NCBI RefSeq assembly: GCF_018420025.1
Contig: NZ_JAEDAM010000099.1
Span: 1 to 12,758, forward strand
Reading direction: 5' to 3'
Source: Candidatus Vampirococcus lugosii
GTDB taxonomy: Bacteria > Patescibacteriota > Gracilibacteria > Absconditabacterales > Absconditicoccaceae
Length of the DNA stretch: 12,758 nt
Shown: positions 7,806 to 12,758 of the stretch, one piece after another
How the letters are laid out: every line of letters starts with the position of its first letter
How positions within the stretch are numbered: position 1 is the first letter of the stretch
Position numbers and translations under genes: made by a program
The notes under the pieces: model-generated
The model's input: only the letters and a program-made list of their open reading frames with translations
Database searches by the model: none
What the model was told of the DNA's origin: nothing

Positions 7806-9516
7806 ATATTTTTGTTCATTAAATTGATTCAAAATTATCAATAAAGATTTTGAAAAAATAAAAATTTCTTTATTGGAAAATATACAAGTTTTTTTTATGT
7901 TATTTCATATTTATCAAAAATATAATAATGTTTTTTATATTGAAAATGAAAATGAATATGATTTTTATGAATGGTTGTTTGATCAAGATTTAAAATGATG
8001 AAATATGAAAAATATTACATTTGATTATATTAATAATTATGAAAAATATTCAAAATCATATAAAATATCTATTACTGAGAAAAAAATTCTTAAATTAATA
8101 TTACCAGCTGATGTATTGATAAGATATTTGTTTGATGAAAATGATGTTTACAAAATGGTTGATTTTGTAATACAACCACTTTTTGATAAAAATTTACTTG
8201 ATACATATATGTCTTCATTTTTGAAATGAAATAAAGATTTGGAAAATTTTGTAGAATATATATTTAATTATTGATTATTCAAAAAAAAATATTTTGTTTG
8301 AGTTAAAAATTTCATAAGTTGGAAATATAGAATGGATACTGAATATGACATGGATGTACAAGAAGAACTTGATGAACTAATATCAAGTATATGACAAGAT
8401 GAAGAAGTTGATGAATCCAAAATTCCAGATAAATTAAAAAAAGAATCTCAAACAACAGAAAGATTAATAAATTTTTATATGACATTTATAGGTTGATTTT
8501 GGGTTTCTAGATGAGATAATCTTTTTGCTAGGTTGTTTAGAAATAAAATTTATGATATATTTTATATAAGTGAATCAGAAGATGAATTACAAACAAGTAG
8601 TATAAATTTTTATTGAAATTTACTTTATGTTTATAGTAAAAATACTTCATATTACAAACTTGCATTTGATAATATAAAAGCAGGAAAAGAAAAATTTAAT
8701 CTACCAAATAAAACAAATTTAAAAAATATAAATTCAAAAAAATTTATTTTAAGTTTATTTCATAGAAATTTTGTTTATGATTTTTTTCAAGATATAAATC
8801 ATAAAGATATAAAATTATATATACAAAATAAAAAAATAATTTCTTTATTCAAAGAAGAATTTTATCCAAATATTTCAAATATATTGAAGTGATGAGATAA
8901 AGATTTATTAGATATAATTTATTCATCATCATTATCTCTTTTCTCAAAAAATATATCTACAAATATTTTATTGAATGAATTTAAAGAATCTGATATTAAA
9001 AATTTGAAAGAAAATTTATATACATTTGATTTATGGATTTATTTAAAATTTATAGAAAATCTAAATAAAGAATGATTTAATAAAAATAATAATTATACTG
9101 ATATAAGTTTGATTTGAATATTATCTTTTTTGAGAAATACTATATTTGCTTTTTGTTTATATTATACTTTTGTTTCAAAAGAGGAAATTAATTTAAATAA
9201 AGACTTAAAACTTGATGAACTTAAAAAAATTTATATAACAGAAATTTTGCTTATATCAAGTGATGATTATAACATATTTGAAAATATATTAGATAAGTTA
9301 ATTTATGATTATATTGATTTTTTCAAAGAATGGTTAAATATAGATGATAATAAAATGCATTTTAAATTAGCTTATGATAACTGGATAAATTTTCTTAAAG
9401 AAAATAAAAATGATGATATATTTGGGAAAGTAATGTGAGAAGATATTATCTGGTTTAGATGATATTTAAAAAATGTTTCATATTACAATAAAAAATTTGT
9501 AATACCTAGAGATTAA
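7783..9516 (+). CDS. Hypothetical protein, 577 aa, no recognisable domain (orphan B2)
   Basis: ATG at 7783, TAA at 9514-9516. I verified that the frame is open throughout under code 25. It joins track fragments 8005-8229 and 9130-9438, which are in the same frame. It begins MFFFEYYKYFCSLNGFKIINKDFEKIK and ends GEDIIWFRGYLKNVSYYNKKFVIPRD. Confidence 0.75.
7786..7794. repeat. T9 homopolymer at the B1/B2 frame junction
   Basis: Nine consecutive T at 7786-7794. Removing one T reads ...VNVFF-EYYKYFCSLNG... straight through from the 7308 frame into the 7783 frame. Confidence 0.95.
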
Positions 9517-9544
9517 TTTTATATAGTATAATTTTGTAAAAAAT

Positions 9545-10879
9545 ATGAAAACTGTTTTTGTGTTATTTGGTTCTACTTGAGATTTAGCTAGAAGAAAAAT
9601 ACTTCCTTCAATTTTTGAAATTTGTAAATCTTGAAAAGATGATATAAAAATAATAGCTGTTGGTAGGAGAGATTTTGATAATAATGATTTTTATGAATAT
9701 CTTTGGAATTTATGAAAAGAATTTTTTATTGATCAAAATATAGATAATATAAATAATTTTATTAAAAAAATAGATTATCAAAAAGTAGTATTAGATAAAC
9801 AAGAAGATTATATAAAATTATCTGAAAAAATTAATGATTTAAAATGAAAAAATTGACAAACTATAATACATCTTTCTGTATCTCCTGAACATTATCATCT
9901 TTTCTTGGATAATGCTAAAGCTATGAATTTAGATAAAAAAGATAAAGTTATTTTTGAAAAACCTTTTGGTAATGATTTAAATTCTTCAATAGAATTAAAT
10001 AATAAAATAAATTTAGTTTTTGATGAAGAACAAGTCTATAGAATAGATCATTATTTATGAAAAGAAGCTGTACAAAATATTATATTTTTTAGATTTGCAA
10101 ATTTAATATTTGAACCTATATGGAACAATAAATATATAGATAATATACAAATATTTGCAAATGAATCTATATGAGTATGAGATAGATGAGATTATTATGA
10201 AAATTACTGAGCAATAAAAGATATGCTCCAAAATCATCTTTTACAAATGTTAACATTAGTTAGTATAGAAAAACCAAAATCTTTTGATGCAAATTCTATT
10301 TCAGATGAAAAAATAAAAATCTTGAAATCTATAAAATTATGAAAAAATTTTGAAAAAGATATAATTCTGGGACAGTATAAATGATATTTACAAGAAAAAT
10401 GAGTTTGAACTAATTCAAAAACAGAAACTTATGTATCTATAAAATTAGAAATAAATAATTCAAGATTTACTTGAATTCCTATATATTTGACAACTTGAAA
10501 ATGTTTGAAAGAAAAATCTACAAAAATAATTATTAATTTCAAAAATATTTCTGATAGTCTTTTTGAAAGTTTTTGAAACATTAAAAACAATAAAATAGAA
10601 TTGGAAATACAAACAGATGAAAATATTAATATTTATTTCAATGGAAAAATTGATGAAAATAGAAAAGAATTTAAATCAAAGTTTGAAAAATGAACAAATA
10701 CTAAAGAAGCTTATGAAAAACTTATTAAAGATTGTATTGATTGAAATAAAATTTTATTTACTAGATTTGATGTCTTGCAAGAATCTTGGATTGTATTGAA
10801 TGATTTATTAACTTACAAAAATAATTCTAATCATATTAATCAATATGACAAGTGAAGTGATTGACCTATATATAATTAA
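9545..10879 (+). CDS. zwf: Glucose-6-phosphate 1-dehydrogenase (444 aa)
   Basis: [24 protein letters not shown] is the NADP-binding GxxGDLA motif, with the second Gly encoded by [11 protein letters not shown] is present. The active-site signature RIDHYLGKE has its Gly as TGA at 10058-10060. LQNHLLQML is also present. Stop TAA at 10877-10879. The gene starts only 28 nt after orphan B2. Confidence 0.92.
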
Positions 10880-10899
10880 ATTTAATTTTAAATTACTAA

Positions 10900-10920
10900 A
10901 TACTTGATTAAATCAAGTAT
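10900..10920 (+). terminator. Perfect 9-bp hairpin downstream of zwf
   Basis: ATACTTGAT (10900-10908), loop TAA, then ATCAAGTAT (10912-10920), starting 21 nt after the zwf stop. There is no strong T-run immediately 3' (AAATGATTTT). Confidence 0.45.
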
Positions 10921-10950
10921 AAATGATTTTAGTAAAATTATTTATTTAAC

Positions 10951-10990
10951 AAAAAATAAAAAATAAAATTAATTTTATTTTTTATTTTTT
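10951..10990. terminator. Perfect 40-bp A/T-only palindrome, candidate bidirectional terminator between convergent genes
   Basis: AAAAAATAAAAAATAAAATT (10951-10970) is the exact reverse complement of AATTTTATTTTTTATTTTTT (10971-10990). It is flanked by A/T runs on both sides and lies between the zwf stop (10879) and the stop of the minus-strand gene (11016). Confidence 0.45.
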
Positions 10991-11015
10991 ATTTTTACAA
11001 TAAATAAATTAAATA

Positions 11016-11279
11016 TTATACAATAATATTACTTCATCATTCATTAGAAACTTGATCTCATTCTTGTCAAGAACTTCCTTCTTGCTGTTGAGAAACTATA
11101 GATTCAATAAATCATGAAACTAAAATTCATATTACTTCTTCATCAGATTGAATTTCTTGACCTGTCATTTGTTGTAATACTTGTTTAAGTTGAGTTATAG
11201 CTTGATATAATTCATCAGATATTTCAATTTTATGAGTTACTGATTCACTTGTTGTTTCTTCATTATTTTCTTCCACCAT
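11016..11279 (-). CDS. Small acidic hypothetical protein (87 aa)
   Basis: ATG at 11279, TAA at 11016-11018: MVEENNEETTSESVTHKIEISDELYQAITQLKQVLQQMTGQEIQSDEEVIGILVSGFIESIVSQQQEGSSGQEGDQVSNEGGSNIIV. It is open only with TGA=Gly (7 in-frame TGA). GC content and codon texture look like the neighbouring genes. I recognise no motif. Confidence 0.55.
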
Positions 11280-11451
11280 TTAAGATTTCTGTTATTTAAA
11301 TAAATATAGCTATAATTTACATATAATAATTAAAAAATCAAGTATAAATTAAAGTTTTTTGTCGCATACTAAATTGTCAGTAATAGAATATTATTCTTAA
11401 TTTTTTTTATACTTTTACTAACAATTCTATTTGTTGTTTTTGTACGAGCAA

Positions 11452-12758
<1,307 letters not shown>

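Noticed and set aside
10617-10799. Track ORF (60 aa, plus strand)
   Set aside because: It is on the same strand as zwf but in a different frame (10617 is frame 0, zwf is frame 2). It lies entirely inside the well-supported zwf ORF.
10910-11349. 15-nt direct repeat AAATCAAGTATAAAT (10910-10924 and 11335-11349) bracketing the small acidic gene, possibly target-site or att-like
   Set aside because: With this base composition, several exact 15-mers are expected by chance among the roughly 8e7 position pairs in the window. There is no integrase, transposase or inverted terminal repeat between the copies.

Overview
Extremely AT-rich bacterial window (by eye well under 30% GC). It only makes sense if TGA is read as glycine (translation table 25, used by Candidatus Gracilibacteria/BD1-5 and Absconditabacteria/SR1, Candidate Phyla Radiation). 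The supplied standard-code ORF track finds 7 short ORFs: 4 are fragments of real genes and 3 are spurious. With TGA=Gly and only TAA/TAG as stops, hand translation gives 11 long ORFs plus one doubtful small one, covering roughly 85% of the window. TGA falls on invariant glycines of textbook motifs: Rossmann GxGxxG, TrmD YGGGxGM/GRYEGID, patatin GxSxG and DGG, kinase G-boxes, G6PD DHYLGKE, PKD WDxGDG. Gene order: HI0933/BaiN-like flavoprotein (+), trmD (+), patatin-like phospholipase (+), sensor histidine kinase followed by OmpR-type response regulator (-), an 857-nt non-coding hub, three orphan hypothetical ORFs (+), zwf (+), a small acidic protein (-), and the 3' portion of a large surface protein (-). 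The non-coding hub holds a GC-elevated rod-like candidate ncRNA. Two of the orphan ORFs are separated only by a frame change inside a T9 run. The surface protein has a poly-Asn trinucleotide array, two PKD-like domains and thrombospondin-type-3-like Ca-binding repeats. I saw no rRNA, tRNA, CRISPR array, transposase or integrase. All coordinates and translations were done by hand and should be recomputed.
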